Assembly (NCBI RefSeq): GCF_009914755.1
Contig: NC_060930.1
Source: the human T2T-CHM13v2.0 reference genome, Homo sapiens
DNA: 64,000 bases
Reading direction: 5' to 3' (one strand)
A program made the position numbers and the translations under genes. Positions within the stretch are counted from its first letter, which is position 1; every line of letters starts with the position of its first letter. Below the pieces are notes generated by a model. The model searched no databases, was not told the DNA's origin, and saw nothing but the letters and a program-made list of their open reading frames with translations. This document shows, piece by piece, positions 42,589-54,900 of the stretch.

Positions 42589-43291
42589 GTAAGGCGTGCC
42601 AGTGCTGGAGGAGGCTATTTTCTGTTTCCTTTGTGTAATCTCAGTGGTACGTCCATCCTCCATTCCCATTCATTCCCATTTGGAGGTTTGCTTTCTAAAT
42701 AAATGGTATGTTCAGTATGTCTCATCTATCTAAAAGTAGCATTTCTTTTTATAACTACTACATGAAGCATATTTTATTATTGTTGCTATTATTATTGTCA
42801 TTTACACTACTTGGATCAGAACCAGAGATTTTTATGAATGTCTGTTTACTTAGGTCACAGAAATGATTCATCCATGAAAACTGTATGGCTGATTATAAAT
42901 ATATAACCCTGATGGAATTTGGTAAATATTCTGAGGTCTTGGGGTCAAACTTAGTAAGCAGGAAGCAATGTTTAATTACCAGCTGAGAAGTAATCAAATT
43001 ACTTTGTGTTATTTCTGCCAAGTTTGATGTGAAGTACATTAACCCGACTTCTTCCCATGAGGAGCACTGCTAAATGCCATACTTTAATGTAATCAGTGTG
43101 TCAGACTCTTCAGTTTGTGACCCCAAAGCCGACAGTGCAGAGTCTGTGGTTTGTCCTAAGGTGGACATTTTTGGACATCCTGATCCACTCCTCTTAACAT
43201 AGGTATGCATTTGACCTCTTGAATATATTATATTTCTCTACTGGGGGGAATCTGGAAAATAGCCCCAGTTTAATTTGGAAATCTATTATGA

Positions 43292-43637
<346 letters not shown>

Positions 43638-44219
43638 CTATGTGTATCTTTTATTCGTACCAGAAGATGAAGTACCAATACGGTGATTCTCTGAGGGAGA
43701 GTCAAATCAGGAGGGCTGGGATTGGTTGTTGTTGTATATTGTATCAGTATTAGTATCTTGAATTAAACAGAATTGTTTTCATTTGACTGACTTTATCAGC
43801 ATAATAGTTTGTACGAAGCATATCATTGCATTCTCTGTGGATGGCTAACATAAGAAATGAAAATTCAAAAGTTCTCTTCTCTCATGCATTATGGTGTAGT
43901 TGGGAAGACTAAAGTATTGTGAGGTCAGAGGGCCTTGCTGCTATGCATTCTAAGAGGAGGAAAAGACAGGTAGGTAGTGTGAAGTAGAGTGAGCATTAGC
44001 CTGGCAGACAGCTAGGGTAATAGATGACTTCCAGTGGAAGTCAAAGCACAAATGTTGGAAGAAGAAGAATGGTAAAGTCACAGTTTAAATGCAGCAGGGT
44101 TCTTGGAATGGCTACATTTGGAGTATCTGGTAGACATAGATGTGTGGGAGAGGGAATAGCTGGAATGTGGCAAGGTCAGTCTGGGAAGATAATTCAAATG
44201 AGAGATGTAGTCATCAAAG

Positions 44220-44460
44220 CTAATAATCACTGCTATTTATTGTTTACTTTATGCCAGACAATGTGCTAAGAGGTGTTATATTTGTTATTTTAGTCACTTT
44301 TCTTAATAACTCTGTAAGATTGGGAGTATTACCTCTACTTTACACATAAAGGAACTAAGACTCCAAGATTAGTCAACTTGCCCAAGGCCAGGCAGCCGAT
44401 TGTGCAGAGACAAAGTTAGGATTCAAATCCAGAACCCTTTGGTTTTCCAGTTTGTGTTCT
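44220..44460 (-). mobile_element. MIR
   Basis: tatgccagacaatgtgctaag, aacttgcccaaggcca and ggattcaaatccag motifs. Confidence 0.65.
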
Positions 44461-45099
44461 TAATCAAGATGGTTTTAAAAAGCAGATTAGATTTTTAGGA
44501 GAGAGAGATTTAATATTAAGAAGTAATTAAATGGTATTGAAAAGAGCAATTGATTTAAAGCACTAATTATTAGACCAAAAATATTACTCTGGATATAAAC
44601 GGTAATGTGAAGCCATGGGAAAGATCCAGATTAATTGACTTGGGAAGAGACTGCCATATATAGATATATATAAAATCTGCCATATATGGCCATTGGTATA
44701 ACCTAGAGATGCCATGAGGGACCATGTTTCTCAGCATCTGATGGATGTAGAGAGTGAAGGAGAGGATAAAATACTCTAAAAACATTAAATATTTGAATGA
44801 CCTTTAAAGTTTCATTTCTTAAATTAAAAATGACCTGAAGCAACTATGTAGAATATTAAGATTTAACTGAGTTGTGGGACATGGAAGTTTATTATATTCT
44901 CCCTACTTTTGAATTAACTTGAAATATTTAATAAGAAAAATATGAAAGAGCAATTATAAAGGGTGAACAACCTGAAGTGTTAAATTTCAAGGGTTTAAGT
45001 TTCTGCTAGTACTATCAAATTGACCTGTAAATGTCTCTATGATAGAGATGTGAAGTTGACCAGCAGGTCAGAGATTAAGGTTATGGGAGGATATTCAGG

Positions 45100-45325
45100 A
45101 GATAGTGTATTGAGAAGTAGCTCTGGAGTCAGGCTACTTGGATTTCAATCCTGGATCTATTGTTTGGTGCTGAGACTTTGAATAAGATACTTGGCCTGCT
45201 TGAACCTGAGTTTCTTCAACTTCAAATTCTATGAGTGTTTCCTCATAGGAATAGTTAATACATGAAAGTATCTAGGGCAGTTCCTATCACAGAGTAGGCA
45301 TTCAGTAAATGTTGGCTCTTTTTGT
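45100..45325 (+). mobile_element. MIR
   Basis: gctctggagtcaggctacttggatttcaatcctgg ... gtaggcattcagtaaatgttgg. Confidence 0.65.
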
Positions 45326-45732
45326 TACTACCAATAACATCATTAGTGTGATAGTAGCTAAACCTATGAGTGTGTTGTTGAACATTTCCATTAAGTGGAA
45401 ATGCCAGAAAAACCTGGACAATGATGTTGCTCAGTAAAAGGCAAGATTAGAGAGAGGTATAATAAGGGACAGAACAGGATTCTTCAGAGAAATAAAGACG
45501 CATAGTGTGCTTTAGCAAGATGGTAGAGGTGTTAAGTGCATCAGAAAGATTCTTTGAATCAGAAGTCATTGGGAATCTTAGAGAGGATTCTATCCGTGTC
45601 GTTATAAAGATGGCTCAGGAAAATACATAGGCGAATATGTGCAAACAACTTGTTTAAGAAATCTAGCTATAACTTAAAATATGTCAGGATATTGAAAATT
45701 GGAAGATGGTAAGTGATATATTGTCTTACTTT

Positions 45733-46031
45733 TACTTGCATTTATATTTTTCCTGTTTTCTACATTGAGAATATAGTACATCTAAAATTTGTATTTCGAA
45801 TGAGAGAGAAATATGTCCAGACTTGATACCTGGTTTAGGCACAAGAGTGAGCAAGCAAAGGTTTCTTCAAGCTAATGGTGACTTAATTATTGCACAAAGA
45901 TTACACATGAAGGGAATGAATATAAGAACAATTCCAATAGTAAAATGGGGTCCAGTTGGAATAGGTCTGATTAGTTTAGTTGTAAAGAGATGCATCTTTC
46001 TCTGTGGCTTCAGAGAATGAATGGAAAGACA
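45733..46031 (+). repeat. Left arm of a 299-bp perfect inverted repeat (pairs with 51167-51465)
   Basis: Base-by-base comparison shows an exact reverse complement; the ORF track gives identical 65-aa peptides at 45823..46020(+) and 51178..51375(-). Confidence 0.97.
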
Positions 46032-47627
46032 AGTACAGAAATAAAGATAGAGGAATATGTCTATTATAGAATAATCTTAACTTCATTCAGACTGTCTTTC
46101 TATCAAGCTTCTACCCAAGATATATATATATATATTTCATTTTCCCCGAACTTTTATAAATACTGCTAGAGTTTTTCACTAATTACTTCCAAATAAAATG
46201 TTAATGAAATCTTAGATTTACATAATGTTTTGTAAGCTGGGAATTGTTTCAGTTAGAATCATACACAATTCCTTAATAGTAGTTGCATAAATAAATTAGA
46301 ACTTTAGTTTTCTTTCTTGTAAACAGAGTGAAGGTAGGTAATCCAAGACTGTTCTCTGTGACCACCTGGGCCCTTAGCTCTGTTTTCATGCACTGTCATC
46401 CCTGACATGTGGCTTCCATCTTCAAAGTCACTTCATGCTAACAAAGTGACTCTTCTGGATGTCAGATCCATTTTCCAGTGGGGAGGAAGAGGCAGCATGC
46501 CTCTTCCCAGCTAACTCAGTCCCTTGAAATTCCAATTAGAACCCCCACCCAATAACTTTGGTTTTTATTGCACTGGTCACCAACATCAGCAAGAGAGGCT
46601 AAGAAACAGTAATTTTCTCAAGGCTCATTGCTAAAATGTGCTAACAGTACAAGGGTATGTTACCAATGAAAAAGAGAGAATGGCTATCTGCCAAGGGAGT
46701 ATTCAGCAGAAAACAAAATTTCATTTAGAAAGAAGATGTCAGTCATACCTGTCAAGCCATGCTGATAAGCCAAGAGATGTCGTTAGTGTATGTGATTGTT
46801 TCAAACCAATAGCCTCCTTGGCAAAAGTAAGCTGGCTGTAGTATATGCAGAATGATTTCCTTAAGATTGATTTGCAAGTGATTTTTCAGGTCATTTTAGA
46901 AGCTACTCAGTACTTAGTAGTTTACAGCCACACAACTTTTAAATTTTGCTTCCATTTTCATTCTGTTGGTTCTATCATTTAATTTTTTTTCTGTAGATGT
47001 GGGTATAATTTATGTTCTTAGTTCTACCAGCAATTCTGACAGAACAGATTTCGGAGAAGATGTTTTCCACTCAGACCCATAGAAACTTATCGTCTAAGGT
47101 TTTGCTTTTGTAAATAAGATTCTGCAAGTACAAGTCAATGTGCAGTGTCATTCTTACGCCAGAGATTTTAAAACACCATTTCCATTCAAGGATGCAATGT
47201 GATCAAGGCTTTATTTAGTTTTTCCTTTGTTACACAGTATTTCTTGATTTCTTTTTTTTCTAGTGACTAATTTAAACCAAATATAAAAGTGCTCATTGTT
47301 GAAAACTGTATCTTTGTGAGGGAATTTTAAAATTCATTTCTTATTGGTGGTATAATTGATATTTTAAAATTTGATGTTTCAACTTAATAGATATAATTCT
47401 TTTCTTGCCTATCATTTTCCATTCGTATTCAAACATTAAAAGAAATCTTCTGACATGCATATTTGTCTCCCTCTCATGTATAAACAGATAGAAGCATGTT
47501 TCAGAGACTTGAACTCCAAAATTTTATATTTTATTTTTTGGTAATTCGGATGACTGAAATTTCTTACCACAAATTTAGACTAAATGATAGTAATGCAAGC
47601 CAATAAATTTTCTTTTGTTTTCTCTAG

Positions 47628-47739
47628 GTATAGAAGCCTTAAGCATTTTAACTATGATGTCTGCCAGAGTTGTTTCTTTTCGGGTCGAACAGCAAAAGGT
47701 CACAAATTACATTACCCAATGGTGGAATATTGTATACCT
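47628..47739 (+). CDS. UTRN: Utrophin coding exon (DMD exon 69 equivalent), second half of ZZ: (R)[37 protein letters not shown]
   Basis: tctctAG acceptor, GTGAGT donor at 47740; 112 nt; lies within ORF 47584..47769. Confidence 0.98.
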
Positions 47740-49024
47740 GTGAGTACTAACCCACTGTTTTGTTTTTAATACATTGCCATTGAATTAACTAGTATCTAAA
47801 ATTTTATTATTTATTTAGACTTAATCTTTTTTGAAAAAATATCACTTTGAAGATTTTTTTTTTCTTTTAAGTAAACTCATTTATGTTGAATTAATTAGTG
47901 CAGAAAAAAATATTAACTTTTTTAAATATCTGTGTTTTGATTTTAAACTTTTTTGGTAGCAAATTCTTTTAAGAGCTGATACTGACCTACACTGAAAATG
48001 ATACTATGTAACGAAAAATCATGTTTCTTTTAGACATATTTATGCTTTCATAGTTAAATACCATATTCATATTAGCAAAATACAGAAAATGTAGATATTA
48101 AAAATATAGTTCCTAACTCTAGCTCCTGAATAAACTACCTTCTAATTTTTCCATATCTCTGGTTTTAAGATTCTATTTATATTTATATTTATGTATCTTT
48201 TTCCCTGATATTTTTCACTCGACATTCCATTTCGTCACACAGTGTAATTTTTTTTAGTCACAAAATTTTTAATTGAGTGAATTACTACAGTTTACCTAAC
48301 CATTCCCTGAAATTTGGACATATAGTTTATTTTCAATTTTCTGATGTTATAAATAACACTCTTACAAGTATCTTTGTGAGGGTAGCTCATTCCAGATATT
48401 ATGTAAACTACATTGCAATAGAATAAAGCACTATAAGTAGGTTATTTCAGTCAATGAATATGGGTATTTTTTATGGTCAAAATACTTGATGTCAACGTTT
48501 TTTTCAAAATAGGTTTATCCCAATTTACATTATTATCACACTTTGTTAAAGTTTCAATTTTACTAAGCCCCACCAGTATTGGACATAAGTTCTTGTTTTT
48601 CCTTTGATTTACAGCTATTTTTTCCTGAAGTTATCCTCATGTTCTATTAATAGCTATTCTTTTACTTCCTTCCAAATAATGCCCAAATGTATTCATCAAG
48701 CTGTCTATTTTCTTTGGTTTAGGGAATTGAGTTACTTTTTTGGATCATAAATTGACAGAAAGGCTGTAATACTTATAAAATATACACATATAAATCTCAC
48801 ACTCATAGGTATCTTATCTCAAATAAATAAGTGCCCTGTGTATGGAGAGGAAATCTGTAGAAAATATTGCTGAATTATAATGGAGGAAGTGCCCACATCA
48901 CATTATAGCTTTAACCAGGAAAAAGAAATCTCCCCAAGAAAATTTGTGAGACATCATTTATTACTATTATCAACTTATTCACTCAACAAATTAATATTGA
49001 ACATTTTGCAGGTGTCAGGCCCTC

Positions 49025-49782
49025 TTGTCAAAGATAAGCAAAACCAGACACTAGTTAAAGTGGTAAGGACAGATTTTAATCAATAATATACTGATTATGC
49101 ACATGTATTTCTGTTTGTACAGAGGTGACTGGGTGTTTTCAGAAGGGAATAGACTGGGGAAACAAAAGAGGAACTTGAGCAGAGGCAAGGAAGTGAAAAA
49201 TGACAAAGCATTGGTCAGCATCAGTTCCATCAGACCAGCTGTGTCTGTGAGCTGGCAATTGTCAGAGTTAGGATTCTACCATTCCAGAGAGAGACTGGGA
49301 GACAGGGGTCCTATCCTTCCTGATGATTACATTTCAAAGAAATGGTTTTCAGATCCTTGAGAAAGACACTCCTGAGTTGTTGGAGATACATCCACATCTC
49401 AAAGGGACAGAGGAAGGATTCCCCATTGTAAACCCTTTCCAGTAAATGCCCTAAGAAAGAGTGAGCAGGGACCTGTCTTCAGGTGTTGGCTAGAGTGAAC
49501 AGTAAATTCTTTTGGCAGTCTGGAGTTTGTTTTTCAGGCAGACGCTTTAAGGGGTCAGACGCCTTAATAATCCCTTTTTTAAGGGTCATCCTAGGGATGT
49601 GGTCTTGAACTGTTATAAATTATGTTCATGTTTGTTTAAGTCTTTTAATGGAGAAGTGGGTGGACAGGGATGGACAAAATGATTTGTGCTGAAAATTTGC
49701 AGCTTTTATAGGCCAAGGCTTCAGTAGACAACAGAGCTTACAGGAGGCCAACTCAAATTTGGTCAAGGAGAGAATCCTTGTC
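49025..49782. mobile_element. Probable ERV1-class solo LTR
   Basis: TG...CA bounded block (tgtcaaagataag ... tccttgtca) interrupting L2-like sequence; family not assigned. Confidence 0.5.
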
Positions 49783-50180
49783 AGTAATTTCAGCTCTGAT
49801 AGTGTATCAGAGTATACCCAGAAAGATAAGATTGTGGACTTCCTGCTACTCTCCCTTTAGGAGGAAGAATGTGTGAGAATGAACAAGGAAACGAATAAAT
49901 GGGGTTGTTATACATTGCAGTAAGTGCCTTTAAGGAAATGAATGGATAATGAGATAGAATGATTAGAAGAGACATTTTAGATAAAGAAATCAGTAAGGTT
50001 TGTCTGAGTTGACATTTGAGTTGAGACCAAAGTTTGAGAAAGATTCAGCCCTGTAAAGAACTAGTAGAAGCATGTTTCAGAAAGAAGAAACAGAACATAT
50101 AGTGGTCTGAGTTGGGAAAAAGGTTAGCGTGATTGGGCTGCAGAAAGTGAAGCCTGTTCCCCAAGGGGCGCATGGAAAGG

Positions 50181-50408
50181 AGCACTGGTTACACAACTGG
50201 AAGTGCCCAGTGCAAAATGAAACTGGGGGGCCCCTTGTTTAACAATTATTAAGACTTCCGAGTTGGCAACATCAGAGGAGTAAATGAAGTTCAAAGCCCT
50301 TCTGATTGTAGGGCCCTGTACAACTGCATAAGTGCAATAGTTCAAAGCCCTTCTGATTGTAGGGCCCTGTACAACTGCATAAGTGCAATATCTTTGAAGC
50401 TCACCCTG
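50181..50408 (-). mobile_element. MER45A-like hAT MITE containing a 51-bp tandem duplication
   Basis: Minus strand reads cagggtgagcttc, cagggccc and aacaaggggcccc...tttcattttgcactgggc, matching MER45A motifs. Confidence 0.75.
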
Positions 50409-51166
50409 AGGCTGGGAAAGAGGTGGGTGTAACCAGGGAACAGAAAGAAACCAGGACAAATTTGACAAAAGAGAGACAATAGTAGGAGATGGAATTAAAA
50501 AGAAAGGCAACTATCAGATTGTATAGAACCCTGGGGATCATTGTAAGGAATTTGGATTGGGGGAAAATATCATAGTAATATTTACATGAATAGCTATTAT
50601 AGAAATTTAGAAAACTGATTATAAAATGCTAGTATCAAAATATCATAAAGTAAATATATGTTGTTATAGTAAAGATATATAAAATTACTATTTTTCTTGG
50701 TCTTGAACATATAATAATTCTTAATGGCTTTACAAAATACCTAAACAATTTGAAACCCACATATCTTCAACAGTTGTCATGCAGTAGGTGCATACTTAAG
50801 AATCACTGATACACATATGAATTCCACTCTCCAACTACCAATTTTAAATGAAATCTGTAAGTTACCCAAAACTGTTCTTGTTGCATAGTCTTTCAAAAGT
50901 CACTGTTTATCATTTCCAAGATTGCAGCTTATCCTGCATTATACAAGGATAGCTTCATTTTTCAAGACATCCTTTGCCCATTTCTGAGGCTTTGTAGTGA
51001 TCTTATCAACAGCCTACTTATAAATCATCTGTATGACAGGTCACTTTCTGCATTTGACCCTACAACTTTTTGTAAAATAACTAGAAATATATGTAAATTG
51101 AATCTTTAAAAAGATACTTGCATTTAATAGCAATGAATGATCTGATTGCTATTATTGTAGCATTAA

Positions 51167-51465
51167 TGTCTTTCCATTCATTCTCTGAAGCCACAGAGAA
51201 AGATGCATCTCTTTACAACTAAACTAATCAGACCTATTCCAACTGGACCCCATTTTACTATTGGAATTGTTCTTATATTCATTCCCTTCATGTGTAATCT
51301 TTGTGCAATAATTAAGTCACCATTAGCTTGAAGAAACCTTTGCTTGCTCACTCTTGTGCCTAAACCAGGTATCAAGTCTGGACATATTTCTCTCTCATTC
51401 GAAATACAAATTTTAGATGTACTATATTCTCAATGTAGAAAACAGGAAAAATATAAATGCAAGTA
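51167..51465 (-). repeat. Right arm of the 299-bp perfect inverted repeat (pairs with 45733-46031)
   Basis: Exact reverse complement of 45733-46031; identity ends abruptly at both ends. Confidence 0.97.
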
Positions 51466-53129
51466 TTCAGAAATCATTGCTTTCTGAAATTTCTTTCTGT
51501 TCACCCACATTCTTTACATTTGCTCTACTCTTTTAAGTTTTATTTATGGTTCATCCATCTTTTACTCAACATTTCCTAAAGTCGTTTCATGTCTGCCTTA
51601 GAAAATGAACTCAAGTGTGAATTTGTTTGGTACAGTGATAATAAGCAACACTTGAGTGTTAAATGGATCAGACCTTCCCATATGGACCTTGATGTTTGCA
51701 TTCCTCAGACTGCATCTCCCTTTTTAGTTAAGAAGATGCTCCAGTCACCTTACTGACTTCATCTCTTTCCTTTTCAAAGTCCTTTACAGCTGACTCTGAA
51801 TGTTTCTATTTTTAAGAGCTTTCTGCAATTTAGAAACCTTATTTTAAATCCACAAAGCACCCTAAATATTTTGCCAATATATCTGCTTATGATTTATGGT
51901 AATGTTTTCCTTTAGCTGTAAGAAGACTAATGGTATATGAATGAACTATCATGACTCATGAAAGTATTTTATGATATTGATAATTTATATATGTATATAT
52001 AAATTATCTGAAGAAATGTAGCAGAATTTTTATTTCTCTAGGAAATGATTTTTTGTCTTATTTCCCCCTACTATTCTATAATCCAAATTTGTACATTTAA
52101 GAATTCTTTCATTAGGCTTAATAAGAGTTGATCTACAAGAGACAGCATGACACAGATGATATTTAATGCCTGTCATCATTCTGTCTCCATATGTCCAAAT
52201 CCCACCTTCTCACAAAAACAGCTCAACTCCCACTTTGTGTGTGAAATCTCTCCCAGCTCCTCCAGTTTTACCCTCATCAAAGCACTTAGTTCAGGGGCCT
52301 CTGCCAATAGCCTCTACTTTACCAATTAGGATTTGATTCTATGTTCCCTTGTATCATTTTCTAACTGTGGTGTTTTTGTCTTCTCAATTATCTTTTTACC
52401 TCCTTGAGGACTGGGATGACTTTTATACTTTTCTCCCTGTGTTAGTTAAATTTGCCTCATAAAAGCCAGATGAGCTCGTATCTGACTTTATAAATACTAG
52501 TTATAGAATATTAAAGCTGGAATTAAAGCTCTAAGAGATCATCTAACTTATCTTTATTTTGAAGAAAAAACTAAGTCTTAGAGAAGGTAAGTGATTTGTG
52601 CAAAGTTAATGGTATGGATTTAGTGACTTAACTCCATTAGGGAAATACACACACACACACGCAGTTAGCACATTGGAAAATAGGGGTTTGTGTATATCCT
52701 TGCTGGAATATTATGTTTGTTGAATACCCTTTTACATACCAGGCATTTTGCTAGGAGTTGGAAATAGAGAGAAAATTTCATGAAGGAGAAAAAATACCTC
52801 TATGTGGAGAAATTCAACAAGACTGTAATATTTTTTAGAATGATTAAGCTTATGAATCAAGAGAGTAGTCAATTTTTTTTTTGTATTATCCATGCATTAA
52901 ACCTTTGAATTCAGGGATTATCATTTTTTAAATAAATAGTTATATCTTATATTAAAGATGTTCAGATTTAAATTTCTTTTTTATTTATGATGATTTAATT
53001 TCATCGTGAAAATTACCCTACTCAGATCTTCTTTAAAATCATCTTTGTTGTAAGTAACCAAAATTTAATTCAAATTAGAAACATTTTCATATGTTGTTAG
53101 AGCATATAAAAGATAGTGTGTGGTTTTGT

Positions 53130-53705
53130 TTTTTGAGATGAGATCTAGTCTGTTAGTGAATTTCAAGTGTATTATCTGTAGCCACAAGCTGTACATTAGG
53201 TCTCCAGAATTTATTCATCATATAACTGAAAGTTTATACCCTTTGACCAGTCTCTTCTCTTTTCCTCCACCCCCCAGCCCCTGGTAACTACCATTCTACT
53301 CTGTGCTACTATGAGCTTGACTTTTTTTTTTAAAGGTCCCACATATAAGTGAGATCATGCAGTATTTGTCTTTCTGTATCTGGGTTATTTCACTTAGTAT
53401 AATGTCCTCCAGGCTCATCTAAGTTATTGCAAATGACAGAATTCCCTTCTTTTTTTATGACTGGATATATTTCACTGTGTTTTCTTTATCCATTTTTCTG
53501 TTGTAGGATACTTAGTTTGATTCCATATCTTGGCTATTGTGAATAATGCTACAGTGCACATAGGAGTATAAATACCTTTTGGAGATAATGATTTTATTTT
53601 CTTTGGATATGTACCCAGAAGTGGGATTACTGGATGATATGATAGTTCTATTTTTAATTTTTTAAAGAACCTTTAGATTGTTTTTCATAATGACTGAACC
53701 AAAGA
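53130..53705 (-). mobile_element. L1MA-type fragment (3' region)
   Basis: ccacatataagtgagatcatgcagtatttgtctttctg ... ttggctattgtgaataatgct. Confidence 0.85.
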
Positions 53706-54414
53706 TAGTTCTTTAAGTTGGAGAGTTCTTCTTTAAATTTCACATGATTTATAAAAGTTCATACAATTGCTGACAGTGAGAGAGAAGTGGATAGGGTTAA
53801 ATACTAAGGATAATGGAAAATGTTTAGAATAGCTACTAGGGTCAATCTTGAGTCACACAGAGATGAGTAAACTGATTGCTACCTTGCCACTAGAGTGCAG
53901 CTGAGGTTAATTGACAAGGATTTGTAGTTTGTGACTCCATCATTGCTCAGCAGCTTTGGAATTAAAAGATGAAAAGTATATTTGAAGGCCAAGGGAGTGA
54001 AAAATTCCAAGGTGTTAATGATACTGTGGTTGATTTGAGGTATCCTCATGCTGAAGAAATCCCAAGGTGGGATAAAGGGCTAGACGTCAAGATGATGGGG
54101 AAAGAAGAGGTTTATTTATAATATAAGAAGTGAGAAGAAGAGTCAGAAGATTCCAGTCAGTGAAAGATTTTTTCAAGTTAGAGATTTTGGACTAAAAGTG
54201 GTTTTAAGTTATGATGAGGCCTGGGGTATGGCCATACCCCAATGTGTGACTGAAGTGGGACATAGAAGGTTCTAGAAATGAGATGGCTTTTAGAAGGTCA
54301 TCACTGCATTTCTAGAAGTGAAGTGACAGATGATAGCCCTGTCTGGCGTTGTGCCATCAAAGGAGAGGGGAAGGGCACATTGGCTTTAGTAGATGAAGCT
54401 AAGGGGAAAAGGGT

Positions 54415-54900
54415 GTGTAGGAGAGGAAAAAAATATCTTCTTCCCATCTTAGTTTCATAGTTGAGGCTCCTGTAACAAAAGACAGATTAACAAGAGAAAA
54501 GCATACGAATTGATTTAATATAAATTTTACATTATATGGAAGCCTTCATCAGGAAGAGAAGACCCAAAGAAACGGAAGCCTGTGTATTTTTATGCTTAGG
54601 TTTGATGAAGAGTGGACAGTTGCGTAGAAGTATGATTGAATAAGAAGATACGACCTAATGCTAATGAACTAGGCGAACTTAGCAAGGCCTGTTTGTTCAG
54701 ATTCTTTTCTGTGTCCTTCTGTTTTCAGTGATAAGGATGTTTCTTCCCTCCAGGAATAAGGAGGGCACCTCTCAAATAAGGGTCTTATGACCCTTTAGGG
54801 AAGAAGGATGGGAGAAGGTCAGAGAGATCTTGCTACGTCTGCTGTTTTCTCAACTGCCAATGTGCCATATTTGGAGGTAGTGTGTCCTGAACCCTTGCCA
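54415..54900. mobile_element. ERV1-class solo LTR (MER31/MER67-like)
   Basis: taacaaaagacagattaacaagagaaaagcatac and ttagcaaggcctgtttgttcagattc motifs; TG...CA ends. Confidence 0.6.

Noticed and set aside
45823-46020. 65-aa ORF present twice (also 51178..51375 minus) as a duplicated small gene
   Set aside because: Starts at TTG, has no recognisable homology, and is simply a by-product of the 299-bp inverted duplication.
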